Shown here in pieces: positions 11,777 through 24,600 of a DNA stretch of 64,000 nucleotides. This DNA comes from Phoronis australis. Lineage: Eukaryota; Animalia; Phoronida. Location of the stretch: assembly GCA_002633005.1 (NCBI GenBank), contig NMRA01000353.1, positions 257,625-321,624 of the forward strand, given 5' to 3'. Made by a program: the position numbers and the translations under genes. The notes below the pieces were generated by a model that was given only the letters and a program-made list of their open reading frames with translations, had not been told where the DNA came from and did not search any database. The first letter of the stretch is position 1, and each line of letters starts with the position of its first letter.

Positions 11777-13805
11777 AGGTAACTCAAAGAGTTAATTCGG
11801 CTATGGGTGCCTACTGGCGGACTGGGTAGAAGTAAGCAATAGACTACCTGGGCTACAACAAGTAACTAAGCATTAACTTACCCCAATTGATTTCAATAAA
11901 GTTGTAATACTTTATGCAAATTAATTAGGATACGTGTGCAAGCCACACCAGTGTAAGCGCTGTCAGACATCCCGTTAGCATAACGTTCTGAGCTTCACCG
12001 TGGATGTTGGCGATGATTTCAGTCGATGACGCACGTTGAATTTCAGCGACAATTCACCAAAACCATGCTTCAAACCATCATGCAACACTTCTTAGAAGAA
12101 CTGTTCAATTTTCAACTTTATTTCAAAACAAAGTTTGTGTGTCCAAACTTTTAACAACTATTTATTAACTGATTGATACCTATTACCACCCGGAACATTG
12201 AGGGGGGCAAACCTATTTTCGCCCCCACATTTTGATGGGGGGGGGGGTGCAGGGAGCGTCGCTCGCCCCTCAGCCCCCTTGTATTACGCCTATGTTATAT
12301 AACTTCTTGTATCTTGAAATGCCTAACCGTGGACCGTCTTAGTGGACGGTATGCAAGATATTTTGCTTGTGTCCCGTGTCTGAAACCAAAACCAAAAGAT
12401 AGACGATACTCATGAATAACCCCAAACCGCTGAAAGCTCGTGATTAGTACCTTACGGACTAATATGATAGCCCAAGATGGATGACTTCATGCTATAAGGC
12501 ATACACATCTTAATGAAGACAGACGCAAATGAGCTTGCTCATCGTTCTATTGAACTTGAAGAATAGATAAATGCGCGAACGCTGGCAGAAAACATCCGTC
12601 ACCAAGAGTGGCAGATTACGTGCCTTGAAAAAGGAGAGCTATCATCTCAAAAGGGTATTATTTTCAAACACTGACCGCATTCAAATACTTTATGCATCAT
12701 TGCTCTGGAAAACTATGTGTGTATGTTTTAAAATAAGCAACTCTTGCTGGAGGACTACAACAACAGGACTTTTAGTTAGTGATTTTTATGAAAAAATCAA
12801 ACGTGTAAAACGAAAACCAAATAATTTAGAAAACTGTAACATAGATTTTGAGATTTCATCTTGAACAATTACATCAAATGAAATTCGGTGAGGTTATTGA
12901 TGCCGTTGGTTTGCCATGCCTGTATCATTCTTTTTTGGTAAATTCTACTAAAATCCATGGCCACGTGACCCAACCAACCGGTAGATTGGTGTACATGCAA
13001 TAATCACATTCTAAAAGATTTTTACTTTCAGAGAACATTTACTTTTATTACTGTGCTACATTTTATAGTGTTGTAGATAGTTGTGAGAAGCGGCACACAT
13101 GCTCTTATCTGCGATTACCTCAGTGTAAGTTACACTGACAATAAAGATTGTCATTTGGAAGGAAATCTCGTAATGTAATGTAAAATAGGTAACAGGCAAT
13201 GATGGATGCGAAATGTTAAAAATCCCAGCTCCTGCAACTTGCAGTACTATAGTTCCAACCGTGCGGAGCTGCTTGGCTCCAGCTTGCTGTGGGATTGATG
13301 ACTGGTCAGGCCTCGAACTTGCGTCCACCTTGTCAGTCCTCGATCTGCCGACGTCCAGCACAGACTATAGAGTCATGGCCCAGGACCATATGTCAGGCAA
13401 CTTAAAACTGATCCCTCCGTGTCTCTTCTAAGAGGGGTCCCTGGTTTTCACCCAAATAGCCCCTCTGACACCCGCTCAAAACCAGAAATTCTCTGATGTG
13501 TCCACACAGTTCACGTCCGTTGGTATCTCACTGCTACCCAAACAATGCGGAGTTATCAACTCATTAAGGTAAAAATTTTAAACATAATCGTGTTTGACAA
13601 CTTCAAAAGTTGTGTATTTGAAGCGCACTTATTTAACATTCAAGATAACTCGTAACTAAGTTGTTTTTCGATTTCGTTGACCTACGCACACAAATGGGCT
13701 CACGTGACTATCACGTGGTTAAACACTAATGCATTAAGCGAGTCCTCGAGGACACACAACACGTCAGAAGCTCGTGACGGAAAACTGATTTGGAGCACTC
13801 AAAAT

Positions 13806-16800
13806 ATGTTCAACAAAGTCTTTTCCGTGCTGCGGCCCCACAAATCAAGAGGTTTGCGATTGCTGACCAATACGGCGGTAAGCAATAAACTAAAACTGGG
13901 GCTTAATTTCACGCATTCTGATACCGTGAACTTATCGGTGATGTTTCGCCGCCAAATTCGGTAGGGAATATGCCAGTGGACGCCGCATGCAGGTGTACAA
14001 CTATGCAGTCACTGAGTCTGGGGCTGCGTGTTGCCTACGGCAGAGGAGCTTATTGCGGAGTCTGTGGACTCAGTGGCGCGCAAGCATCGGATTACGTAAT
14101 GTCCCATAAACACAGTGCGATCTTGGGCTAGCCCGGCGCGGTCGGGTTCAGTAGTCGGATACATCGAGTTATAGACCTGGTCGGATGTGCCCTATTGCTC
14201 TGTGTGCACCTAGTTGAGTCTGAATTCGAAGATTAAACACAGGGACCTGACTATCAATGTTTACATGACCTATATTGTTATCATTGGTTAATACCATATG
14301 ATGGGGGCACTTACCGTGTCCGGAGATGTCCCGTAGGCCTACGGGACGTGTTGCCGGCTCAGACCCTTTCGTGGGCACTCCCTATACGAAAAGTGACTTT
14401 TCACATCCGCGCACTCAGCCTAAAATATGGGGGGCTCGAATTTTTCGGTATGCGGACCTTTTACTCAATAAAATCAACGAAGACTAGGACTAAAAAAAAC
14501 AAAAAATAACGGAGCCACTAGGTGCAGGCCTACGAATTGTGCATCCGCGCCGAATTCCTGTGGACTTTGTGGACTTCGGTCTCGTTTGCTGGGACTTTTT
14601 GTTTCATTGAGGCGGACCTTTTTGCCGAATTCGCCAAATCCAAATTGGGAGGCTCGTTCGAGCCCTCGATCCCCCCAGGCTGCGCCCATGTTTCATTCTT
14701 TGGGTTGGAACTCTTCGAAGCCTAGTCCATTTTTGTAACACTGTCGAATCTAAAACGGTGGGCACCTTAATTCCCCACTAGCACAAACGCACACCAACAA
14801 AGGTATAGTCGAGTACCGTACCTTCCCGGGTTCACATCAGCCCAGTGCCATCTATCCGGACACTAAACGCAGTAGGCCACGACCTACTACAGTTATACCG
14901 TTTCTATGTCCCAGAAAGCGCAAAGAAAAGATTCCTCAAGTCCCCTATATATGTTATATATTTTTGTTTTAGTGTTCCTGGTATTTTTATTGAAACTATT
15001 ATTAACGGCATGGAGCCACAGAATCATAAAAAGTCTTTTTGGAAAAATTAAGTGTCACGCATTCTGATCTTCACCCAGATGTCGCGTCGACTGAAACAGC
15101 TATTTATTATGTTACCACGTGGTGTTGCATGGACATTGATCGCTGAGGTGTACGTCCCTCAGGCTATGAAAACGTTCACATCGAACCATACAATCAATAT
15201 AGGCATACGCACAGGTAATCCGCCAAATTCCTGCTCGCTGAGTTCACAGCAATGTTTCACAATACAATGTTACACTCATTAGTTCCAACCCTAGAAACAT
15301 TGTCATAACCAAACCGTCACAAAACCGAATTTTATGAGAAATTCGCTACCCTCACCATCAGTTTTTCAAGCGATGAACCGCACGAGCCAAAATTGAAACA
15401 TTTACACTGCGCTGTATAGCCTGACAGGGGTACCATAGAATCATACTACGCACCAGCATGCAAATCATACGCACGAACCACCTACAGACCTATGAATCAT
15501 GCATACGAACCTATGAATCATGCACACGAACACAGAAATCATGCATACGAACAAAAATCATGCGCACTAACCACAAACATCACACATACGAACAATAATA
15601 ATACTCACGAGCATCCGAGTCATACGCACGAACCACCACACAATAAAGTGTTCGTCCGTGTGACTCGATGCTCGTGCGTATGGTTGTGTTCGTATGTGTG
15701 ATTTTTGTGGTTCGTGCGCATGAGTTTTGTTCGTATACCTGATTTTTGTTTTCGTATGCATGATTTATGGGTTCGTATGCATGATTCGTTGTTCGTAGGT
15801 GGTTCGTACGTAAGATGCGATGCTCGTGCGTATGATTCTATGATACCCCTGAATACAACTCACAGATGTCCAAAAGTCCGTGGGGACTCCTCACGTGTAA
15901 ACAATTAATGCCGGTCGATCAAGAGTCGAGAGATCTCCGAGAAAGTTTCACTTAGCGAAAAAAAAAACTAAAATGCAAGTGGAATTATGTGTGTAGCATG
16001 ATTTATTTCTTATCTCTTCTATGTTTCATGTTCCAGCGAGACTAGTGATCCGTAATTGGTGCATTCACAAACAGTCCTTACAGAAAGTATCACTGAGCCT
16101 TTTGAAGCCATATAATAGTATGGCTAACTGATTCGTGGCACTTTTATTTTGATGACATGGTTGGATGCGGTATTGCATTGCGAAACTGTCGGTGGAAAAT
16201 GGCTTCACTCGATTTAACGGCGTAAAATGTTGTTAAGGGCCCCACTGACATTCTGGTGCAAGGGAATAAAAATACGCAAGGCGTGTCAGCAGGGTACGGT
16301 TTCCACAAGTCACACGTGTCGCTACCCATTTATGTTTACATCAGATCCCAATAAAGAAAAGACAACATTTGCTACAAGCTTGGGAATGAATGTATTTCAC
16401 TTTCATTTCGGCTTGATCGTTTATTCTGACGCCTTTCCTGGGCGTATTTACAGCTGGTCGTGGCGTCTATCACGTACTTTGACTTCGTAAATCATTACAC
16501 TGCAATGGTTCCAGGCTCGTCGAAAAAGCAACTTTCGGCTTTCGATGGCAATGAGTATATGTGGGCCAAGATGAGGGCGATAGCAGTCTTCACATTTTAC
16601 CGTGCCCCGACTGACTGGAATTAAGAGCTTGATTGACATGTCGAAACTATCCGTTCCCCGTAGGTTAAACAACGGACCCGTTGTCGTGCTTGGAATGCTT
16701 CAGAACTCGATATTGCACGAGTATTTCCTGAAACAACTCGAGCTGATAATCAAAACATCGATTAATACTTTTGCGCTCTGCAGTAAAATTGAGACTTAAT

Positions 16801-19800
16801 TCAAGAGTTATCCTCCGTCTATATTTGAAGTTTGGATTGGAAAATTTAATATTAACTCAAACAAATCGTAACGTTGGCGTTTATGAACAAAATACCAGAC
16901 TTTCAAGGTAAACGCTTTCTGAAATATCAAGTGATATTTTTGTGATCTCCGTTTCAGATTTCTCAATTTACAACAGAGGGCGTTGTAGCGGCCCCATTCA
17001 CACCGTTTAAGTCAGATGGGTAAGCATTCATTTGTTACAACGATTGTACGACTTGTCGTCGAATTCGTAGCTGAAAAAACATCGAATCGAAATTCGAATT
17101 CCATTTCAAGATAGACACGAAAATCGATTCTTTAATCTCACTAAAAATTGAAAATTCTCGTAAATGAGTCGATATCTCCTCCAGGCATGCCCAGCTTCGC
17201 CTAGTATTGCTAAAAATTAAAGTCGCACTGATGAACAGCGCTAAATCACATCAGCCGTACACAAATATTCGTCTGGTAGCGAAGAGGGAGAGGGATGTCA
17301 TCTGGGGGCGGAGTCTAAATTTTTTACTCGAAATGGTGCTGGAGATTATTTTCGGATTTTCCGTTCTACTTTTTGTGCGAACTGGCTGTGATCGAGCACA
17401 TCGAGGTTTACGAATAGGAGTTTCTAGTCCAATTTTGCACTTGGTGATCGCTATATATGTGCTAAAACTGCAGTAAGAACTCGGTCGGGATATCGAGAAA
17501 AATTTGAAATTTCGAATTCAGACTCGAAATTTTAGCCTAAAGTTGGGACCATTAAGTGTAAACTAGGATTAGACAGTTATCTACGTAAGCCATTATGAAC
17601 TCGATCATAGAATAACGGTCACTTGTCTGGAATTAGCACATAAGTAGACTGGAATTTTAGGTTCGATTTCCCATAAACAGACCAGGCCACAGGTCCTGGT
17701 GTTCGCTAGAACTACAGAAACTCGGCGTTTTGATTAATTCTCATTGTCTATTTCATAGCGAACAGCCTTGACAATGTCACTAAAATCCAATTCAGAATGG
17801 AGCCTCGAATCGGATACGGATTCAAATTAATCAATTCTGAAAAAAATCTGATTGCCGCCACTAATTCATTGAAGATCCGGTATACACAGTATAAAAACTG
17901 AAAATGAGTTTAAGCTATAAAAAACAATTTTTAATTTGCTTATGGATATTAATATAAGGTGGTGAGAATAGAGACTAATAATGCATACTTGAATTGTTTT
18001 AATTCTAGTAATTTTAATGATTCATATTTACTTGTTATTGATACCATTGACCTGGACATAAATTTCCATGACTGATCCATTTATTTCCACACTTAGCTCG
18101 TATGTCTTTGTCGAATGTCCCTTTAGATATAGAGCTAAAATGCGTGTCAGTAACCTGATTAAAAAGTTACTTTCTTGTGTTTTTCAGAGAAATTGATTTC
18201 GAAAAATTCGGACCTTACATGGACCACTTAATTGAATATGAATGCAAAAATGTTTTTGGTAAGTTTCTCGAAGTCTCTCACCGAATGTCGGTAACGATGT
18301 ATTACCCAGCAGCTACATTGGGTACAGTTGTACACACTCTCCCCTCCACACACAAACTTACCCTAGAGTATTTTGCACGAGTAGAACTTGCTCCGCTTTA
18401 AGCGGTGCGACAACTAGTGCAAGGCGAAATCTGTCGCTCGGCGCATTCGCGGATACGTTGACAATGAACAGTGTGAAGTTCAATAGCTGTCTCGCGGCAA
18501 AAAAAATCTAACCAAAATCACGTTCTTTCTTTGAAAATACACGGCAACATCTTGCTTTTCTAGCGAGGCACTAGCGTTATTGAACTCGACAGGGGCGTTT
18601 TTTTCGTGGTCAGGTATTCGTGAACTTTCTCTACTTGGGTAAACCATCTTCTTTGCTGAACTATTGCATGGATGATAACTGCTCCTTTGAGAGCAAAAAT
18701 GTAAGTAAAAGAATGTTTCCCAATACGGAGAGGGTATAACAATCATTTCCTTTTCACCAGTTCTTAGTTTGTGGATACTTCCTCAATCGACTGTTTGGAA
18801 AAGGATCACCCTTGCTTCTCATCTAATGTGCCACTTGTAATTTAATGTCTTTCTGGACCACGTTGTATTATTTCCAACTTCAAGACATCTTAAATGGATT
18901 TCTTCAAATAGCCAAAATCGTTTCTTTGCGTACATGAGATAGAATCGTTCTCTTCTTCACGTGAATCATCACCGTCACCAATGACACTGGGAGATACAGG
19001 TATTATATTCTGACTAAATTGATCTCGTATTAGAAGAAGCCACCGCTATATTCAGACCAACGTTTACCGCTCTTTCTTTTTTGCTTGCTTCATTTTATCC
19101 ACAGAGCTCTGGACCTAGAATGACAACTTCGATCTCGCGTTGCTGCGGTTGCGCCGCGTATGCATGGAACTTGTTTGCATTCGTTTGTTCCGGTGTTGGT
19201 TCTTATTATGGTATTTACTGTCACTAAAACGTTTTGCAACTCCGTCGTTTTTCAGCTGAATTACACAACTATCATATCACTAGAAAGCCCTTTATCAGCA
19301 AAAGATAAATAATTTAATTCATAAAGGATCATTATTTCACATACCCGACCGACTTAAAATATTTTTTAATTCTTAAAACAAAGAGTGTTGCGGGGCCCGA
19401 TTTTTGTTCTGTGGATTTTTAAAAAGTATTTTTTGATTATTTATCAGTCTTTTTAATAAGCCCACTTAATGGTAGTTTTCTAAAGGGCTTTACCGGCCAG
19501 TCAAGACCAGGAGGTCATTTCTGTTCTCCCAAAGGGCAAGAAATTTACATAAAATTTGGGCAGCTGGCGACCTATCTGATTGTTCAATACAATTTTATCG
19601 GGCTGTGTTGCTCAACGTTTTAAGAGTGTCAGACTCCCTGATAAGCAACACTCAAACAGGTTTTGTAAACGGTAGATTCATAGGTGAAAATACTGCAACT
19701 ATTTACGATCTTATGCATTATACTGGAAGTCATGAGATTACCGCTCTCTTCTTGGTGGATTGTGAGAAAGCTTTCGACTCTGTGTCTTGGAACTTTATTT

Positions 19801-21575
19801 ACAACGTTTTATCGTTTTCTTCAATTTTGGGTACCGTTTGATTCAATCGGTCGTCTTCTAAATAACGATGCTCGTCTTGGTGTTATTCAACACAGTTTCA
19901 CATCGGAATATTTTCCCGTTAGCCGAGGTTGTCGTCAGGGTGATCTTGTTTCACCACATTTATTTTTTTTGTGCGGAGATAATGTCTATTATGTTCAGGA
20001 ATAACAGGAATGTTAAAGATTTAAAATTAGTGACAAAGAACTATGAATTCTACAATATGCAGACGACACAGTACTCTGTCTAGACGGCTCTAACGAGTCT
20101 CTAAAAAGGTCCTTGACCTTGTGGATCAATTCATAAAGTCTCAGGTCTTAAACCAAACATAGGAAAGACACATTGTGTTTGGATTGACGCTAATAAATTT
20201 AATAATTTTCGTGTTTGTTCAAATATTAATGTTTCTTGGCCAGTGTCACACTGGGGATTAGGTTTATGGCTGCACTTTATGAAATTGTCAGATTGAACTT
20301 TTATGACACTATAAGAAAGTGGAAAAAGAAATACTCACCTGGTCCAGAAAATCATTAACTCCCTTTGGAATAATTAAAGTGATTAAATCTCTCTTGCTGC
20401 CAAAATTGGTCTATTTGTTTTTTGCTTTGACATTGAATCCCAGGCAAATAAATAAAAGTCTTGAACAAATTTTCTTCCAGTTTGCTTGGAATGGCACAAT
20501 GATAAAACGAAAAGAATTGAAATGATTCAAAACTTTTCACTAGGAGGATGTACAATGGTGTACATCGAATCCTTTATCAATTCTCTAAAGCAGTCTAGGT
20601 TCAATAGACTAATTTCGACAAGAGGTATTTTTGGAAAAAGTTATTGTTGCAACACTACTTATTGAATGGACGCAACTCTTTACATTTTGGAGGTACATTT
20701 TACGACAAGTGTTCAAAGAAAATTACTAATTTATTTTGGTTTGAAGTATTTGGTTATTTTCTCCAATTTTGAGACATTTTTGTGATTAAGCTAATTTGGT
20801 ATAATACCAACATAACTATGAACAAAACAAGTCTTTTATAAGAGGTAGTATGAAAAAGGTGTTACTTATAATTATTTACGATTTGCTCTTCCCAGGCGGT
20901 TAGTTTATGTCTGATGAATAATTTTGTATTAGGTAGGATTGATCTCCACCGTTTAGGGTTTTTTAAAGGTCACCGTCTGATGTGCGCAAGTTTTTAATTT
21001 TGAAAACAAAGATTCCAGAAATGCGAAATTTACGATAAGCCTTCCAAGCTTCTTCAAAGTGTTGGGAATGTTTTGCGAACAATGGTATATATTCCCGCTT
21101 AATTGAATGCCTTTACAAAAAAGCCCATGAGCTGAAGTGGGAATCGCTTGTCAACGTTACTGATTCACGCACATTGTGGAGAAAGGTGTATACATGTTCC
21201 CTTCATTTTACTTGTGGCACGAGATTAAAGTGGTTCCAGATGAGGTTCCTTCATAAAATTGTGGCAATAAATGCATTTCTTCTCGAGGTTGGTGTCAAGC
21301 AATCAGATCTCTGTACATTTTGTAAAAAGGAGCCAAAAATATGTCCCATCTCTACTAGAATTGTATTGTGACCAACATTTTCTGGTCTGCAATCAGTCAT
21401 TGGTTATTTGCTAAACACAGTCTTTACTTATTCTCTCGTCTTTAACATTTTTTTGGTAAATTCCACAATTCAGGTATAATTAACTTACTCATGTGTGGTA
21501 AAATATCGCATCTACCGCCGAAGACTTCTTCCTCAATCGAAATGTTCAAGGAGGTGGTTCAGTATGTGCAGATGG

Positions 21576-21622
<47 letters not shown>

Positions 21623-24600
21623 AACAGGTGGTCCTCTCTGGCTCTTTTGTTTCTTAAGTATGTTGTGCATGTTACCCTAAACAAGAGACATTGGAACAAA
21701 ATGTTACGTGGACACTGGAAAATAATAATATTCATAACAAGGAGACAGTGTCATTGTGATAACCGGCCTCCCATTCAGTAACGCTAGGACCTCGCTAAAA
21801 ACCAAGACTTCGCGAGATAATGTGAGACATTGTCGTGTATTTCAAATGAAAACACGTGATTTTGGCTAGATTTAAGCTAGGTCCAACGTAGGTCCTAGCG
21901 TTACTGAACACAAGCCGACTGTATAATTGTCACAGTCATCATATTCAAGAATGAAAAACGCGACAACTGGATTGAAAAGCACAAAAAACGTCCCGACAGC
22001 GGTTTTTGTCGAACAGGAGACGTAACACCCAAAAGTGCACGATGGCGGTTTTTTTAGCCGAATGGGAAATTGCGGGCGACGTCCCGTTTTTTTCTTTTTT
22101 GTCGAACATTTTTCATAAAAGTAGTCAGATGTGCTTGGGTATGCCAAAGAAGTTTCAATTCGGAAATATTTGTAAGTCAAATTAAAATTACTTAGTGGTA
22201 CTTTGCGTAACATTTCCAACAAGCTACAGTAAATTAAAATGTTAACTTGCTATACAAAATGTTTTCTGTTGTAAGAATGGGCAGTTTTTTATAAAAAAGG
22301 ATGTTCATGAATACACTAGACCAGGAGTTCCATAAACATCCATGAGTTACTTAATTTTGGTAGTGGCAGGATTCACCGATAAATGAAATATTTTTATGAC
22401 ATGTTCCAATTTATGCGCTTTACTAAATTATCAAATGGTATTTATATCGGTTTTTGAAAAGTGACGTAGTTTTTGAAACTGGAAATTGCGCTTGTGCAAC
22501 GAAATTGATACAATTACAATTTTCAAAAATGTAAGTATTCATTTATAGTGATAGGATGCCCCCCCGATTTGGATGGCCTACGGCGTCGCCCCGGCATCTC
22601 CCCCCCTTCTGTACGCTAATGCATCCAAGTTATCGCTCCAGTTACTTTTCTTCTTTATTTGCGCACATTTAGTACTGGGCACTACTGGAGAAGGTCTCAA
22701 CATGACGGTGGAAGAGAGGAAGCTAGTTACAGAAGAATGGATGAAGGCAAAGTCACGGTAAGGTGTCCCAGAAACTGCACGGATTTTTTTTTCAAATAAA
22801 GTTTGCTCAAGTGATTCGATTGTAAGCGCACGCTTCTGAGCTAAAGTTCAGTTACATTACAATGGAATTGCTGGTCTCCCCGCTACAAGTTGCATTTCTT
22901 AAACTTTTAAAAACATATGTCACAGTCAATAATACCACATGCAGAAAATACAAGTGGAGAAAAGCATGACTGAAAAGTCATTGAAGATAAAGACAAGTTG
23001 CCCAGTTGGCTGTCGAACTAAAAGTGTATTCATATCAACAAATAATAGAATATATGTACAGAAATGTACAGGAAGTCAATAGGTTCTAGGAATATATGAC
23101 TAATACAATACTGACTACTACAAAACAGGAACCAGTAAACCATAAACAACAACAGGATAGAATATTATGTACTACAGGATATAAACACATTCCAATACAG
23201 TTATTATGACTATTTGAAATATACACGCACGCGCACACACACACAGATTAACAGTATCTAGTATTCAAAGAAACAAAAGCGCCAAAAGGGATCACCTTCA
23301 ACCGATCTTTTCATATTCGCAGTTACCGAAATGAAGACATTTTTCCACTTGAAAATATTGTAACACATCTTTCTTGAAGAGTTCAATTGAAGGAGTAACA
23401 TTTCTGAGTCTTTGGTGGTAAATGTAATATTTCCAAAAACAAATTAATTATATCTGATTGTGTAATTTACCAAAGAAAACATCTGGTGCTTACAAATTAG
23501 GTCAGATTTGAGTTTTTGAAAATAACCGTGGACTCGTTGCAGACCGGAACGTTTTCCTCACAATGCAATCCTAGTAAAAATGGGTTATACCTTCTGCCTC
23601 TTTTTACATAATGTGCAAAGATTTGGGTGTTGGACTATAGTTTTGCCTATAAACTCATTTGTGGTGACAATTCGATTAAGAAAACTTATCCACAAATTAA
23701 ATGGCGTGTATTCCCACTTCAGCTTATGTGCTGCTTTTTGTAAATGCCATCATTTAAGTGGGAATATGTATGTGGCTTATGGCATGATAAAGAACGGCGA
23801 GGCGTCGCATTTATGGTGGTTGTGGCAATTTAGTATTTGACCACACTGTGACTCTATTTGACCACACTGTGACTCTATATGACCACACTGTGACTCTATT
23901 TGACCACACTGTGACTCTTTTCGCTTTCCCACGGGACATCGGAGAAGCGCGGATACGGCACACGTTTTTACAAGAAACTCACGTGTTGGTGGACGTGACG
24001 TGGTGGTGCTGGGAACGTTCATACGTCACACTCATGTCCGTGGAGCTAAGAAACCTTCAGCTGAAGTCGCTTTTTTCTATTTTCTCTCTTTTGGGATATT
24101 GAATTTACGAATGTGATATTCAGCGCTATAAAGGAAGGTTTAAGGATGCTGACAAGGTAGTCACTTGTCAAAACAATGTAAATGGCGACTTTAGGTACTT
24201 TAAGAGATTTGATAATGGATTCAACTAATGAATCATTTGCAACAACCTTGTGAAAAGTTGTATCATTTAAGTTTTCTTTTTCTATCATTTTGCCACTGCA
24301 AACACACCTGACTAACATTTATTGAAGGCGTTTTATTGGTTGTCTGGATGACGATGGCATAGTAAGCAATACATGAAGCAGATACAACAACGCGTGAGAC
24401 TTAAATTACAGTGATTCTGCCGAGGGTATAGAACAGGTCAATATTTCTGTTTTGATTTCATTATTTTTTACTTATAGTTAATTTCTAATAGATCAACGCA
24501 TAAGTTAATTCCAAAAAAGGTAAATTGGAACATTAGCCATGAAAGATTGATATTTGACGAAAGACGAGTATTTCATTTTTTGCACTAATCCAAACACAAT

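Larger units (their letters stand above)
4480..12294 (-). mobile_element. Possible outer limits of the hAT element that hosts the HERO insertion and a MITE
   Basis: Inverted termini cataggcgta (4480) and tacgcctatg (12294), with G-run subterminal sequences, bracket the transposase relic. No convincing TSD. Confidence 0.4.

Noticed and set aside
16883-16907. Alternative NPL first exon ATGAACAAAATACCAGACTTTCAAG|GT
   Set aside because: Phase 1, incompatible with phase-0 exon 2, and not conserved before the paralog exon.
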